Assembly: GCA_963758495.1 (NCBI GenBank)
Contig: CAVWVI010000004.1
Location: 480,001 to 544,000, forward strand
From: Oligoflexia bacterium
GTDB taxonomy: Bacteria > Bdellovibrionota > UBA1018
Reading direction: 5' to 3'
DNA: 64,000 nt
In this document: one piece after another, positions 19,469 to 29,389 of the stretch
How the letters are laid out: the number at the start of each line of letters is the position of its first letter
Position numbering within the stretch: position 1 is the first letter of the stretch
Notes under the pieces: generated by a model
The model's database searches: none
What the model was told of the DNA's origin: nothing
The model's input: only the letters and a program-made list of their open reading frames with translations
Made by a program: the position numbers and the translations under genes

Positions 19469-20728
19469 ATGTTGAAAGAAATTTCAAAAATTAAAATAGT
19501 GTTAAAAGCAGTCTATTTAGCCCTATCACTAAGTAGTGTTGTTATAGGTGGTTGTGGCAAGAACTCAAGTGATACAATACATGACCCCACAAGAAAGGGC
19601 TTTACAGAAAATGGAAATTGCTCCCCTTCATTTGAAGCAACCTATAACCAATACTCCGTTTTCGGCGATTGGAAGGGCCATAAATATAAATATGCCTACT
19701 TGAGCATTTCTGATGGGCTAGAATCTAATCTGACTGACGCTAAGAAAATAGTTCAACACTCCGACCAAGTTCTTTCAGAGGTCACAGACCTTAGAAATCA
19801 AGGAAGTTGCTATTCTAGAAAGAAATATAGACAGATCCATCCTCATACTGACCCCGACCTTACAGATGCCGTAAGTACGGCGCAATCTCTTACTCAGAAA
19901 TTGGCTCCGGTTATAAACTTTTCAAATGCTAGAGATGAGCTCAGTAAACATGTGGGTATTCGAATCTCCCCAATTCCACTTTATTCCTTTAAACTGGAAA
20001 AAATATTCGATGAAAATCATTTTAAAAATCAAAAGTTAAATCCTACATTAGGTGAAGTGATCTTGCGTATTGGCACTTACCGCAACAATCTTACTCAGCT
20101 TGATGCAAGTAAGTTCCCTGAGGTCTGCTATAATTGCAACCCTCGCGAAGAAATAGAAAGAGTTAACTTTTTTACGAATGAATTACTTAAAATGAGTGCG
20201 AGACACGCAAGCGATACTCCATTCTATACAGCATATCAGCAAGCCAGCAGTTACGGCACTGGCAATAGTTACGGCACTGGCAATAGTTACGGCACTGGCA
20301 ATAGTTACGGCACTGGCAATAGTTACGGCACTGGCAATAGTTACGGCACTGGCAATAGTTACGGCACTGGCAATAGTTACGGCACTGGCAATAGTTACGG
20401 CACTGGCAATAGTTACGGCACTGGCAATATTAGGAGAAATTACGACAGAAGAGATCATCATAATAGCGATAATCATAATGACAATAATAGAGGATATGGT
20501 TTTCCTTCAAGCTTGACTCCACACAAAGACAAATTGGTCGCTTACTTACGAGCACTCGATGGTAAATTTGGATATACTTGTAATCTCTCTTCAGGGTCGC
20601 CCTCTAAAGAGGAAGTACAATCCGCTGCCAGAAAAGCCGCTTTTAAATTACATCCTGACAAAGGCGGTAGTGAAGATGAGTTCAAAACTTTTAATTATTT
20701 TTGGGATAAATTTAAAAATGAAACTTAA
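19469..20728 (+). CDS. putative lipoprotein with (SYGTGN)10 repeat and C-terminal J-domain
   Basis: Lipobox-like VIGGC; C-terminal EVQSAARKAAFKLHPDKGGSEDEFK. Confidence 0.7.
   Translation: MLKEISKIKIVLKAVYLALSLSSVVIGGCGKNSSDTIHDPTRKGFTENGNCSPSFEATYNQYSVFGDWKGHKYKYAYLSISDGLESNLTDAKKIVQHSDQVLSEVTDLRNQGSCYSRKKYRQIHPHTDPDLTDAVSTAQSLTQKLAPVINFSNARDELSKHVGIRISPIPLYSFKLEKIFDENHFKNQKLNPTLGEVILRIGTYRNNLTQLDASKFPEVCYNCNPREEIERVNFFTNELLKMSARHASDTPFYTAYQQASSYGTGNSYGTGNSYGTGNSYGTGNSYGTGNSYGTGNSYGTGNSYGTGNSYGTGNSYGTGNIRRNYDRRDHHNSDNHNDNNRGYGFPSSLTPHKDKLVAYLRALDGKFGYTCNLSSGSPSKEEVQSAARKAAFKLHPDKGGSEDEFKTFNYFWDKFKNET
20249..20428 (+). repeat. perfect 18-bp tandem repeat x10 (agttacggcactggcaat)
   Basis: Ten identical units counted directly. 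Confidence 0.97.
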
Positions 20729-20859
20729 TAGCAAAAGAGATCCATCAAAAGATGAGTCTCGATAGCTGTAAAAGCTAAAACCTGTTATTTATGGCATCTG
20801 ATAAAGTACCCGACAATTACACTACTATTTCTGCAATGCAGATGATATTGTAGATTGAT

Positions 20860-21669
20860 ATGCGCATTGCTGCAATACAGATGACGACGTCTCCGGACAA
20901 AGTTAAGAATTTAAATGAAGCCTACCGCCTTCTTCAAGAAGCTCTAGAGAGGGGCTCTGACCTCATCGCTTTTCCAGAAAACTTTTCACTCTTGACAGGC
21001 AATGGTGATCAGTTCCTGGAAGAAGCGGAAACCCTGCAAGGACTTACGGTAAGCACTCTTCAAGAATGGGCTGCGGACTTCGACGTATGGATTCTGGGTG
21101 GCAGTATTGCTCTTAAAGCAAAATCAGATCCTAAACGAGTCACAAATACGAGTATCTTATTCTCAGACGAAGGTGATATTCATGCACGTTACGATAAGAT
21201 TCATCTATTTGATGTCAATGTAAAAAATGATCAAGTTTATGAAGAATCGAAATTAGTGACTCCCGGCAAGAAAGTTGTTGTCGCTGAAACCCCCTGGGCC
21301 ATGACTGGTTTATCGATCTGTTATGACCTCAGATTTCCTGAACTCTATCGCAAGCAATCTAATGCTGAAGCAAAGATCCTTTTCATTCCATCCGCTTTTA
21401 CAAAACCCACTGGCGCTGCCCATTGGGACGTCCTCACTCGTGCCCGCGCGATTGAGAACCTCTCTTATGTCGTTGCACCTTCACAAACTGGGACAGCATA
21501 TCCGGGACGTGAGACCTATGGTCACACACGAATTGTAGATCCCTGGGGAAGAGTGATTTCGGAAAGACCTGCCGGACCCGGTATCGTTTGGGCGAGGCTT
21601 GATTTGGAAAAACTGGAAGAGACTCGAAGAAATTTTCCTGCGTTAAAAAATCGAAAATTAAGAGCGTAA
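20860..21669 (+). CDS. carbon-nitrogen hydrolase (Nit1/deaminated glutathione amidase-like)
   Basis: FPEN, YDKIHLFD, ICYDLRFPE and RARAIEN motifs. Confidence 0.9.
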   Translation: MRIAAIQMTTSPDKVKNLNEAYRLLQEALERGSDLIAFPENFSLLTGNGDQFLEEAETLQGLTVSTLQEWAADFDVWILGGSIALKAKSDPKRVTNTSILFSDEGDIHARYDKIHLFDVNVKNDQVYEESKLVTPGKKVVVAETPWAMTGLSICYDLRFPELYRKQSNAEAKILFIPSAFTKPTGAAHWDVLTRARAIENLSYVVAPSQTGTAYPGRETYGHTRIVDPWGRVISERPAGPGIVWARLDLEKLEETRRNFPALKNRKLRA

Positions 21670-21676
21670 ATAAACC

Positions 21677-22552
21677 TTAATTTAAAGTTTTCTTTAGCTC
21701 TGTCCCTAGAGGTTGGATCAGTTTCTCTATCTTTTGAACAAAAGATACACGAACGCCTTCTTTTACGTGGGAGACGAAAATTCCTTCTGGCGCATACCAA
21801 GGTTTTTCGACTTGTACGACCAGGGATGCTTTCAATGAAAACTTCTTAGAATCAACCGAGTCTTGCGACACTTCATAGGTGTAGCGATTCGATTTCAAAT
21901 AGATTGTATTACCGCTTCCTTTTATGCTTTTGGATTCGGAATCAAGTTTAAGAAAGCTTTTTTTATCCGAGAGAAGGGTTAGGACCTGACGGATCGACAC
22001 CTGATCTCCATTTTCAACAGTGGTAGCCGTCACCTTAAACCGTTTTTCAAATAAACCCTGCGGAGTCTCAGATTCTATTGTAGCGTGAATCTCGAATTCT
22101 TTAGAAATCCAGTTCAAAAAATAAGTTTCTAGTTCCGTCAAATCACCTAAATTTTCCAAAGTGATGTTACAAAGTGTGGATAAATGGACTTCAAAGTAAC
22201 CTTGATCATTTTTCCGTTTTGTTCCGTCCCAATCGAAATCCTCACATTGTGACGCGAATGAAGTAGGAGTGATTGATTGACTCAATCCAACTCCACCTAA
22301 AGTACCTCCAACAAGAGGTCGGAGGTTTCGTTTTGAATAAAATGAAGAGTGAACTGTTCTTACTCGATGACCCCAAGACCCTGCACTAGACACAGACTGA
22401 ACAGGCTGCCTCAAAAAATTCCCAAGAACCACCCTGCGAGGCGTCCGAGTTACTGAAAGAGCGCTGAGAGCCTTTCTCATAGTCCCATGAGCTGGATTGG
22501 AGCCTAGACAAAAAACGAGGATTAAAAAAACTAGAGTCTTGATACTATCCAT
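21677..22552 (-). CDS. secreted hypothetical protein
   Basis: 291-aa ORF; signal peptide ending AHG; long basic, acid-free segment follows. Confidence 0.7.
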   Translation of the reverse strand: MDSIKTLVFLILVFCLGSNPAHGTMRKALSALSVTRTPRRVVLGNFLRQPVQSVSSAGSWGHRVRTVHSSFYSKRNLRPLVGGTLGGVGLSQSITPTSFASQCEDFDWDGTKRKNDQGYFEVHLSTLCNITLENLGDLTELETYFLNWISKEFEIHATIESETPQGLFEKRFKVTATTVENGDQVSIRQVLTLLSDKKSFLKLDSESKSIKGSGNTIYLKSNRYTYEVSQDSVDSKKFSLKASLVVQVEKPWYAPEGIFVSHVKEGVRVSFVQKIEKLIQPLGTELKKTLN

Positions 22553-22629
22553 GGGGTGGGTCTTAACATAATAAATTACATATTTTATCCAGAATTTTAA
22601 AAAATATCACAAACTAGTTTAAACTCATT

Positions 22630-24384
22630 TTAAAAATGAAAAAGCTGAGTTCCGATATCCTTATACGAAATCGGTTTAGCTAGAATAACGGGAGGACCTT
22701 GAACAAGCCAATAAACAGGTTGAATAGAGTGAACGACCTCAAACCCATCCATTAAGTTCATTCCAATATAGAATTTTTTATTTGGAGTTAAACCATTCAA
22801 AGCACCGTATACATGTCGATTCCAACCATTGACCTCATAGCCTCCATCCACCTGAAATGGAGATACCCCAGACTTTACGATTTCATCAAATAAACTCCAT
22901 CTCACTTCATTCCATCGAAATTCATCATGAACTCCCGCTATGGAGAAAAAGCCTAGCGGCATGCATGCGATAAGAAAGGTCGCGATTCGTGCTCTAAAGA
23001 ATTGTGGTGAAATTTTCGGTAAAGATATCCATGTGATCAATGCGGGCAATAAGAATAATAACACTGGAAAATGATAACGATCATAAACAAAATTTCCATA
23101 AACTTGAACCGTAACAAAAAAAATAATACTAGAAAGCAGCACTGAAAATGTAATCACTCCTCCATAGCTCTTTCGTTTTTTCAATAAGGCAGAAAAACTC
23201 ATGGATAAAAACAAACAGGATCCAAAAATCGTCAGAGCTTCGACACATCTCCAAATCCACACTGGCCACTGGGGCCTTCCCTGTAAATGATGTTCGTAAA
23301 CATCCTCTAAAGTAATGGGTCCAATACCCGCATTATAAATAATATTACCAAGAAATGGGAACCCCTGATGAACAAATGTGTCCACATGATAGGGTTGAAA
23401 AACTCGAGATCGATAAAAAATAAGCGCCCCTTCGAATAACAAAGTAAATAATAAAGCCGTAACCACTTTCTTACGAGAGAAGACTTGTATCGGCATCAGA
23501 AAAAAAAGAGGATAGAAATAAGCCACCGCATAGATAAGAAAAATGAATATTTCTTTAAAAAAAGTTTCTGGATTCACGCTCGTAAGACGAGATAGTGGAA
23601 TCGCAAACTCCTGCTTAAAATTTCCGGTACTTTTAGCCCAAGGGAAATAGAGTAAAATCACCCCGCTGAATATCAGTATCCCCACCAGCCACTTTAAAAT
23701 GACTGCCCGATTCTCTTTCTCTTTAAAGTTAAAGCACCATCCTCGATCAAGAAGCCAAGCTCCCAATAAGGCTGGATAAACAAGCACTGCAAACTGACGG
23801 ACCCAAAAAAGCAAACCGGAGAGCACACTAACTAGGATCATTAAAAGCCAGGTGGGGTGACTTGCCTTTCCACGACACTTTGAAAACCAAAGAACAGCAA
23901 TCCACAAAGCAGGAACAAACCCATACATTTCGTTCATGAACGTCGTTGAGAGGTAAAGGAAAAGGGGGTTAACGATAAAAAGGATTAAACCCAAAGCACG
24001 AGCTAATGCCGGGGTACCCGCCAGAACCATCAATCGGTCCATGGCTCTTAAGCCTAAAATACTCATTCCGAGAGTTACACCCCGCAAGAGCTGATGAGAA
24101 AATCCAAATAGTTTAACCCACGGAAACACCCAAAGAACTTGCCCTACTAATGAGGGGGCAATGGGCGTTTCAATCCAAACCTTTCCCAGCTCGAGCAAGC
24201 GCTTTACGACGAGTGCATACTGCCAATCATCGTTTAGCGGAAAATTTCCCCACGGAGCAATCACCGCAATGATCACTAAATAAAGGATAAAAGGGATCCA
24301 CCAGTAAAGATCGAGCTTGTTATTATTGATAAAAAGACTCCTTGAAGACTGAATATAACTCGATCTTTCTTCTATTTCCAACAA
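22630..24384 (-). CDS. polytopic membrane glycosyltransferase (GT-C/ArnT-PMT-like); start uncertain
   Basis: PLNDDWQY loop after the first TM helix; many TM segments; YDRY motif. Confidence 0.65.
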   Translation of the reverse strand: MLEIEERSSYIQSSRSLFINNNKLDLYWWIPFILYLVIIAVIAPWGNFPLNDDWQYALVVKRLLELGKVWIETPIAPSLVGQVLWVFPWVKLFGFSHQLLRGVTLGMSILGLRAMDRLMVLAGTPALARALGLILFIVNPLFLYLSTTFMNEMYGFVPALWIAVLWFSKCRGKASHPTWLLMILVSVLSGLLFWVRQFAVLVYPALLGAWLLDRGWCFNFKEKENRAVILKWLVGILIFSGVILLYFPWAKSTGNFKQEFAIPLSRLTSVNPETFFKEIFIFLIYAVAYFYPLFFLMPIQVFSRKKVVTALLFTLLFEGALIFYRSRVFQPYHVDTFVHQGFPFLGNIIYNAGIGPITLEDVYEHHLQGRPQWPVWIWRCVEALTIFGSCLFLSMSFSALLKKRKSYGGVITFSVLLSSIIFFVTVQVYGNFVYDRYHFPVLLFLLPALITWISLPKISPQFFRARIATFLIACMPLGFFSIAGVHDEFRWNEVRWSLFDEIVKSGVSPFQVDGGYEVNGWNRHVYGALNGLTPNKKFYIGMNLMDGFEVVHSIQPVYWLVQGPPVILAKPISYKDIGTQLFHF

Positions 24385-24418
24385 TTGACTAAGTGCCTCA
24401 ACAACAGTATAAAATCGT

Positions 24419-26050
24419 ATGATTCATTTAACCAACATCAGTAAACAATACGGTACCCGTGTTCTTTTCAAAGACGCCAGCTTCCAGGTTCGTCCAGGAG
24501 ATAAAATAGGTTTAGTAGGGCCAAATGGAGCAGGAAAGACTACTGTATTTCGATTGATCATGAAAGAAGAAGGGGTCGATGAGGGGGATATCAACATTGC
24601 AGATAAACTCATCATTGGCTATTTTTCTCAAGATGTCGGAGAAATGCGAGGAAGATCTGCCCTCGAAGAAGTGAAAGCAGGAGCGGGCCGCATTTCCACC
24701 CTCGCCCAACAGATTGAGAAAATAGAAAAACGCTTAGAACAATCGGTAGAAAATCCTCTTTCTGATGACGATATGGCCGCACTTCTTGAGAAATACGGAG
24801 AAGCTCAGCTCGAGTTTGAACAACGAGGCGGATACGATCTCGACTCTCGAGCAAAAGCGATTTTAACAGGATTACGCATAGGTCCCGACGACTATGATCG
24901 ACCGGTTGAGACCTTCAGCGGTGGATGGAAAATGCGTATTGCCTTAGCCCGAATCTTGGCGTTAAATCCTGATGTTTTACTCATTGACGAACCTACCAAT
25001 CACTTAGACTTAGAGTCTATTGTTTGGCTTGAAGAGTGGCTCGTTGCCTTTAAGGGTTCTGTCGTCATGACGAGTCACGATCGAGATTTTATGAATCGAA
25101 TCGTCTCTCGAATTGTCGAAGTAGCGAATAAGGCGATCACCACCTATAGTGGTAATTATGATTTTTACCTTAAAGAAAGAGAAATTAGAAAAACCCAACT
25201 CTTAGCCGCTCACTCAAAACAACAAGATATGCTTGCAAAGGAAGAAGAATTTATTGCTCGATTTGCGGCACGAGCCTCCCATGCAGCACAAGTTCAATCG
25301 CGAGTTAAAAAACTGGATAAAATTGATAGAATAGAAATTCCGGTTGAAGAGAAGACCATGCAGTTCGAGTTCCCTACTCCACCCAGGAGCGGGAACGATG
25401 TCGTTAAAATGCAGAATCTCAGCAAATCCTGGCCTCTCGAAAACGGATCCGAAAAACATGTCTTCAGTGGCGTGAGCGGTGTTGTTCGCCGATTAGACAA
25501 AATAGCCGTAGTCGGAGTCAATGGAGCAGGTAAATCTACTTTATTAAAAACTATTTGTGGCCAAACAGAGTCATCTACCGGAAACGTGTCTTTAGGTGCG
25601 AGTGTGCACGTTGGCTACTTTAGCCAACACTCACTTGAAGTTTTAAATCCGGAAAATACGATTTATGACGAAGTTCATAATCTTATCCCACAGTCGACTA
25701 TTGGATTTGTGAGAAATTTACTAGGTGCCTTCCTTTTTACAGGTGATGATGTTTATAAAAAAATCTCAATTCTCTCTGGCGGTGAAAAAAGTCGTGTAGT
25801 TTTAGCGACTATTCTTGCTAAACCCATGAATCTTCTGATTTTGGATGAACCTACCAACCATTTAGATATTCGGTCTCGTGAGCTTCTCTTGAAAGCCGTA
25901 CAGAACTTTGACGGCACTGTTCTGATCGTAAGTCACGATAGACATTTTCTCCGATCTGTCGCCAATCGAGTTTTTGAAATGAATCACGGCGAAATGAGAA
26001 TCTATGAGGGTAATTATGAATATTATACTTCACAGAAAGAAAAAGTTTAG
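24419..26050 (+). CDS. ABC-F family ATP-binding protein
   Basis: Two ABC domains (GPNGAGKT/FSGGW/DEPTNHLD and GVNGAGKS/LSGGE/DEPTNHLD); no TM segments. Confidence 0.93.
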   Translation: MIHLTNISKQYGTRVLFKDASFQVRPGDKIGLVGPNGAGKTTVFRLIMKEEGVDEGDINIADKLIIGYFSQDVGEMRGRSALEEVKAGAGRISTLAQQIEKIEKRLEQSVENPLSDDDMAALLEKYGEAQLEFEQRGGYDLDSRAKAILTGLRIGPDDYDRPVETFSGGWKMRIALARILALNPDVLLIDEPTNHLDLESIVWLEEWLVAFKGSVVMTSHDRDFMNRIVSRIVEVANKAITTYSGNYDFYLKEREIRKTQLLAAHSKQQDMLAKEEEFIARFAARASHAAQVQSRVKKLDKIDRIEIPVEEKTMQFEFPTPPRSGNDVVKMQNLSKSWPLENGSEKHVFSGVSGVVRRLDKIAVVGVNGAGKSTLLKTICGQTESSTGNVSLGASVHVGYFSQHSLEVLNPENTIYDEVHNLIPQSTIGFVRNLLGAFLFTGDDVYKKISILSGGEKSRVVLATILAKPMNLLILDEPTNHLDIRSRELLLKAVQNFDGTVLIVSHDRHFLRSVANRVFEMNHGEMRIYEGNYEYYTSQKEKV

Positions 26051-26065
26051 CTCACGAATATTTCA

Positions 26066-26776
26066 TTATGCAAATGAATACACTTTGTAAGCACGTCGAA
26101 TAACCATTTGCGCAACATTACGAACAGGAATACCGCCAGGCGTGGCGGATCTCTCAACCCCAAAATGTGCATGACCATGAAAAACTGCATCCACCGGGGC
26201 TGAATCTATGGCCTCAGCAAGAAGATAACTTCCCAAGAAAGGATAAATTTCTCTTTTTTCTCCCAAGAGCGTTCCCTCCACTGGGGAAAAATGAAGAAGC
26301 GCAAATAAATAATCCGTATTGAGTTTCTTCAAGCCTAAACGTAAAGTCTCTGCTTGAGCATGGCAATGCTTCGCAAATGACTTCATTTCAGGCTCACCAA
26401 ACTCTGTAATACAGGCCCCAAAGAACCCTCCTCCGAATCCTTTCAAGCCCATCACACCCACAGTCTCACCTCGCACTTCAATAATAGCAGATGTACCTTC
26501 CAAACCTATCACTCCGACATCTTTGAGCAGTTTTAATATCTCACTTTGGCGATTTTGATTAAAATCGTGGTTTCCTAAAACTGCCACTACAGGGATGGGT
26601 ACAAAGGAAAGATCATGAGCCAGAGCTTTAGCTTCCTCTACCGTACCTGATTGAGTTAGATCACCTGCGATCAATAATAAATCCGCTTTCTCATCTAAAA
26701 CTTGAAAATAGGATCGCAACCGCTCTCTTGAGTGCTGATCATAATGAACATCTCCCACTGCAGCTACCCGAATCAC
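26066..26776 (-). CDS. metallophosphoesterase (calcineurin-like)
   Basis: GDVH, AGDLT, GNHD and HGHAH motifs. Confidence 0.9.
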   Translation of the reverse strand: MIRVAAVGDVHYDQHSRERLRSYFQVLDEKADLLLIAGDLTQSGTVEEAKALAHDLSFVPIPVVAVLGNHDFNQNRQSEILKLLKDVGVIGLEGTSAIIEVRGETVGVMGLKGFGGGFFGACITEFGEPEMKSFAKHCHAQAETLRLGLKKLNTDYLFALLHFSPVEGTLLGEKREIYPFLGSYLLAEAIDSAPVDAVFHGHAHFGVERSATPGGIPVRNVAQMVIRRAYKVYSFA

Positions 26777-27798
26777 TTCATGTCCTCAGTTTCGGATGGC
26801 TCTGAAAAATCGAAAACTCGAATTTGATTTTCAATTGAGCTATTCGGAAAAGCTTCCTTTGCAATTTTCTCAACGGCGTCTTTACGTTCTTGTAATGGTA
26901 CTTCTCCCCGTAAAAGAATCTTATTTTCTTGCTGTTCAATTTGAATATCTAACTCATTTGTTCGAGAATCTTCAGCCAATCTCTCACGAAGATGAGCTAC
27001 TGCATAGGCGCTTTGACCTTCTCGCGCGAGTAAATTCGATGGAGTCGGAGATCTTATTTGTTTACTCTTTCCTATCTCAGCCTTTCTTATTGCAGTAAGA
27101 CGCTCATCTGTCACTCCGTTTGTAGGCAAAATCACTCCAGATTTATGAGTCACGTTTTCAAATATTCCGGAATAGAGCTCATGAACTACATAGTTTGGAA
27201 CCCAAATATCGTTTGATTGCGCATAAAGTAAAAGACTTAGAATTCGACGCGGAGCTCGTCTGGCTCTCCGAATTAAATAATGCCAATCAATATTGGCATA
27301 GGATAAGAGAGCAATTGCATCATGCCAATGACCAGGTGTCAGTTCGCTGTGTGCAACGGCCTTAATAATGAGTAAATCCTCCGGCGCAACTAAGCGAAGA
27401 CGCTTTCCATGAAATTCAGCTGTAATCATTCTCTGGTACATTTCTGCGTCTAAATAAATTTCCCCTTTAGATTTAAATATAATGTCTACTAAGATGTTTT
27501 TCTTAAATCCTTTATATAACCAGCTAGGATCCGTTTTTTCTGTTTTAAAGCCTTTTTTCGCGAGCGCCCTAAGAGCCAACTCCGCCTCTTCAGGTATTAC
27601 AAATAAATCAATATCATGAGTAGAACGCGGTCTTCCTAATCCGCCCGATGCGATTCCTCCAATAAACATATATCGAATACCCGACTCCTCCATTGCTTCA
27701 ACCGTCTCACCCAAGACCTCATTGAATCGATCTACCAGATCGGGGTCCTCGGTTGTCGATATTTCGGTTTGAGTTACAGTGTTCTTCAAGGGTTTCAT
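26773..27798 (-). CDS. nucleotidyltransferase family protein with C-terminal BON domain
   Basis: GGIASGGLGRPRSTHDIDL Pol-beta-type motif; C-terminal LAEDSRTNELDIQI...ILLRGEV...IENQIRV. Confidence 0.75.
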   Translation of the reverse strand: MKPLKNTVTQTEISTTEDPDLVDRFNEVLGETVEAMEESGIRYMFIGGIASGGLGRPRSTHDIDLFVIPEEAELALRALAKKGFKTEKTDPSWLYKGFKKNILVDIIFKSKGEIYLDAEMYQRMITAEFHGKRLRLVAPEDLLIIKAVAHSELTPGHWHDAIALLSYANIDWHYLIRRARRAPRRILSLLLYAQSNDIWVPNYVVHELYSGIFENVTHKSGVILPTNGVTDERLTAIRKAEIGKSKQIRSPTPSNLLAREGQSAYAVAHLRERLAEDSRTNELDIQIEQQENKILLRGEVPLQERKDAVEKIAKEAFPNSSIENQIRVFDFSEPSETEDMK

Positions 27799-27916
27799 GA
27801 TTCAATATCCTATCAAATCCCGCGCCAGACAGCCCTGCGCCAGGGAATGCAGCTTGCACCCATAAATATTATATTAACTGAATAGATGACGATTAAAGAC
27901 CGTTTAGGGAGGAAAA

Positions 27917-28333
27917 ATGTCAAATTTTACCGAACAAGATCGAGAACCCACACACTCAACTTCGAATCCAGAAACCTCTTCTCACGAAGATCAAAAACAG
28001 CCAGAACATAAACGTGACTTGGAATCTCAGCAGCCATCCAATAAGTCTGACCTTTCTGAAAGCCCTGGGCAAGAAAACCCACCCGCCCCACCACCTGAAA
28101 GCCGTCCTATTGAACGAAATAGAGGCCATGGAAGACCAGGAGCACGGGGCACGGCTGCAATGGATCCTCAAACTCGCCAAGAAGTTGCGAGAAAAGGAGG
28201 TTTAGCTGTTTCACGAAACAAACAGCACATGGCGGAAATTGGACGAAAAGGAGGTCAAAGCGTGTCTAAGAATCGGGAACACATGGCTCAAATTGGTCGT
28301 AAGGGCGGCGCTGCCTCGAGAGGTCATCGTTAA
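27917..28333 (+). CDS. KGG-repeat stress-induced protein (YciG/GsiB-like)
   Basis: ARKGG, MAEIGRKGG and MAQIGRKGG repeats; GGGAGG RBS. Confidence 0.85.
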   Translation: MSNFTEQDREPTHSTSNPETSSHEDQKQPEHKRDLESQQPSNKSDLSESPGQENPPAPPPESRPIERNRGHGRPGARGTAAMDPQTRQEVARKGGLAVSRNKQHMAEIGRKGGQSVSKNREHMAQIGRKGGAASRGHR

Positions 28334-28498
28334 GCTGAGGGATTAAGCTGAGTTTTCAAGAGTAGTACCCGTTTGGGCATTTTTATGCTTTTGCATCAAG
28401 AGAGGCTAATTGCTGCGATCCGTAAAACATTCACTCGTCTGATACGTTCTTACAAAAGTTTTACATCTGGTTTTCTCATTTCGAAGCAAGATAGGGCC

Positions 28499-29389
28499 AT
28501 GCACACGCAACCTCGAAAAATTAACTGGCTGATGAGTATTCCCTTCTTTTTAGTTCATTTGTCTGTCATTGCGATTTTCTGGGTCCCCTTTCATTGGGGA
28601 TTCGTGGCGCTTTGCATAGGCAGTTATTATTTGAGAATGTTTGCTATAACGGCTGGTTATCATCGATTTTTTTCACATCGATCATATAAAATGAACCGTG
28701 TCGCTCAATTTGCTATGGCATGGCTCGGAAGCACCTCTTTACAAAAAGGGGTTCTTTGGTGGGCCGCAAACCATCGCTGGCACCATCGTCACTCGGATCA
28801 ACCGGCAGATCTTCACTCCCCCCTTCAGCATGGATTTTTATGGTCCCATGTGGGTTGGATTTTGAGTAACAGCTATGACGATACCCGCTGGGAACAAATT
28901 CAAGACCTTGCAAAATACCCAGAATTATGCTGGCTCAATCGCTTTCATTATATCCCGCCGATTCTTTATGGCGTCCTGCTTTTCGTTTGCGCTGGCTGGA
29001 GCGGCTTTGTGTGGGGATTTATTATGAGTACCGTTTTACTTTGGCACGCCACCTTTACAATTAATTCTTTAGCTCATGTATGCGGGACGACTCGTTACTC
29101 AACAACAGATACAAGTAAAAATAACTTCTGGTTAGCATTACTGACACTCGGAGAAGGCTGGCATAATAACCACCATTGCTATATGAGCAGTGCTAATCAG
29201 GGCTTTTTCTGGTGGGAAATTGATGGTAGTTTCTACGTTCTTAAAATGCTTTCTTGGCTAGGATGGGTTTCAGATTTAAGAAAACCTCCACTCAAGCTTT
29301 TAGATGCTAAACGTTTAAAACCATTCCTTCATACCCAAATGACCAATCCACTTCCTGCAAATGAGGAACAGTGTCTTGAGCGTGCTTAA
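28499..29389 (+). CDS. acyl-CoA (delta-9-like) fatty acid desaturase
   Basis: His boxes HRFFSH, HRWHH and GWHNNHH; ATG at 28499 preferred as start. Confidence 0.9.
   Translation: MHTQPRKINWLMSIPFFLVHLSVIAIFWVPFHWGFVALCIGSYYLRMFAITAGYHRFFSHRSYKMNRVAQFAMAWLGSTSLQKGVLWWAANHRWHHRHSDQPADLHSPLQHGFLWSHVGWILSNSYDDTRWEQIQDLAKYPELCWLNRFHYIPPILYGVLLFVCAGWSGFVWGFIMSTVLLWHATFTINSLAHVCGTTRYSTTDTSKNNFWLALLTLGEGWHNNHHCYMSSANQGFFWWEIDGSFYVLKMLSWLGWVSDLRKPPLKLLDAKRLKPFLHTQMTNPLPANEEQCLERA

Noticed and set aside
20249..20428. Repeat array as a possible CRISPR
   Set aside because: Units are contiguous 18-mers with no spacers, in frame within a CDS, and no cas genes are present
20183..20516. Alternative-frame ORFs with (AVTIAS)n and (VTALAI)n
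   Set aside because: By-products of a stop-free 18-bp repeat; the SYGTGN frame belongs to the long ORF with a signal and J-domain
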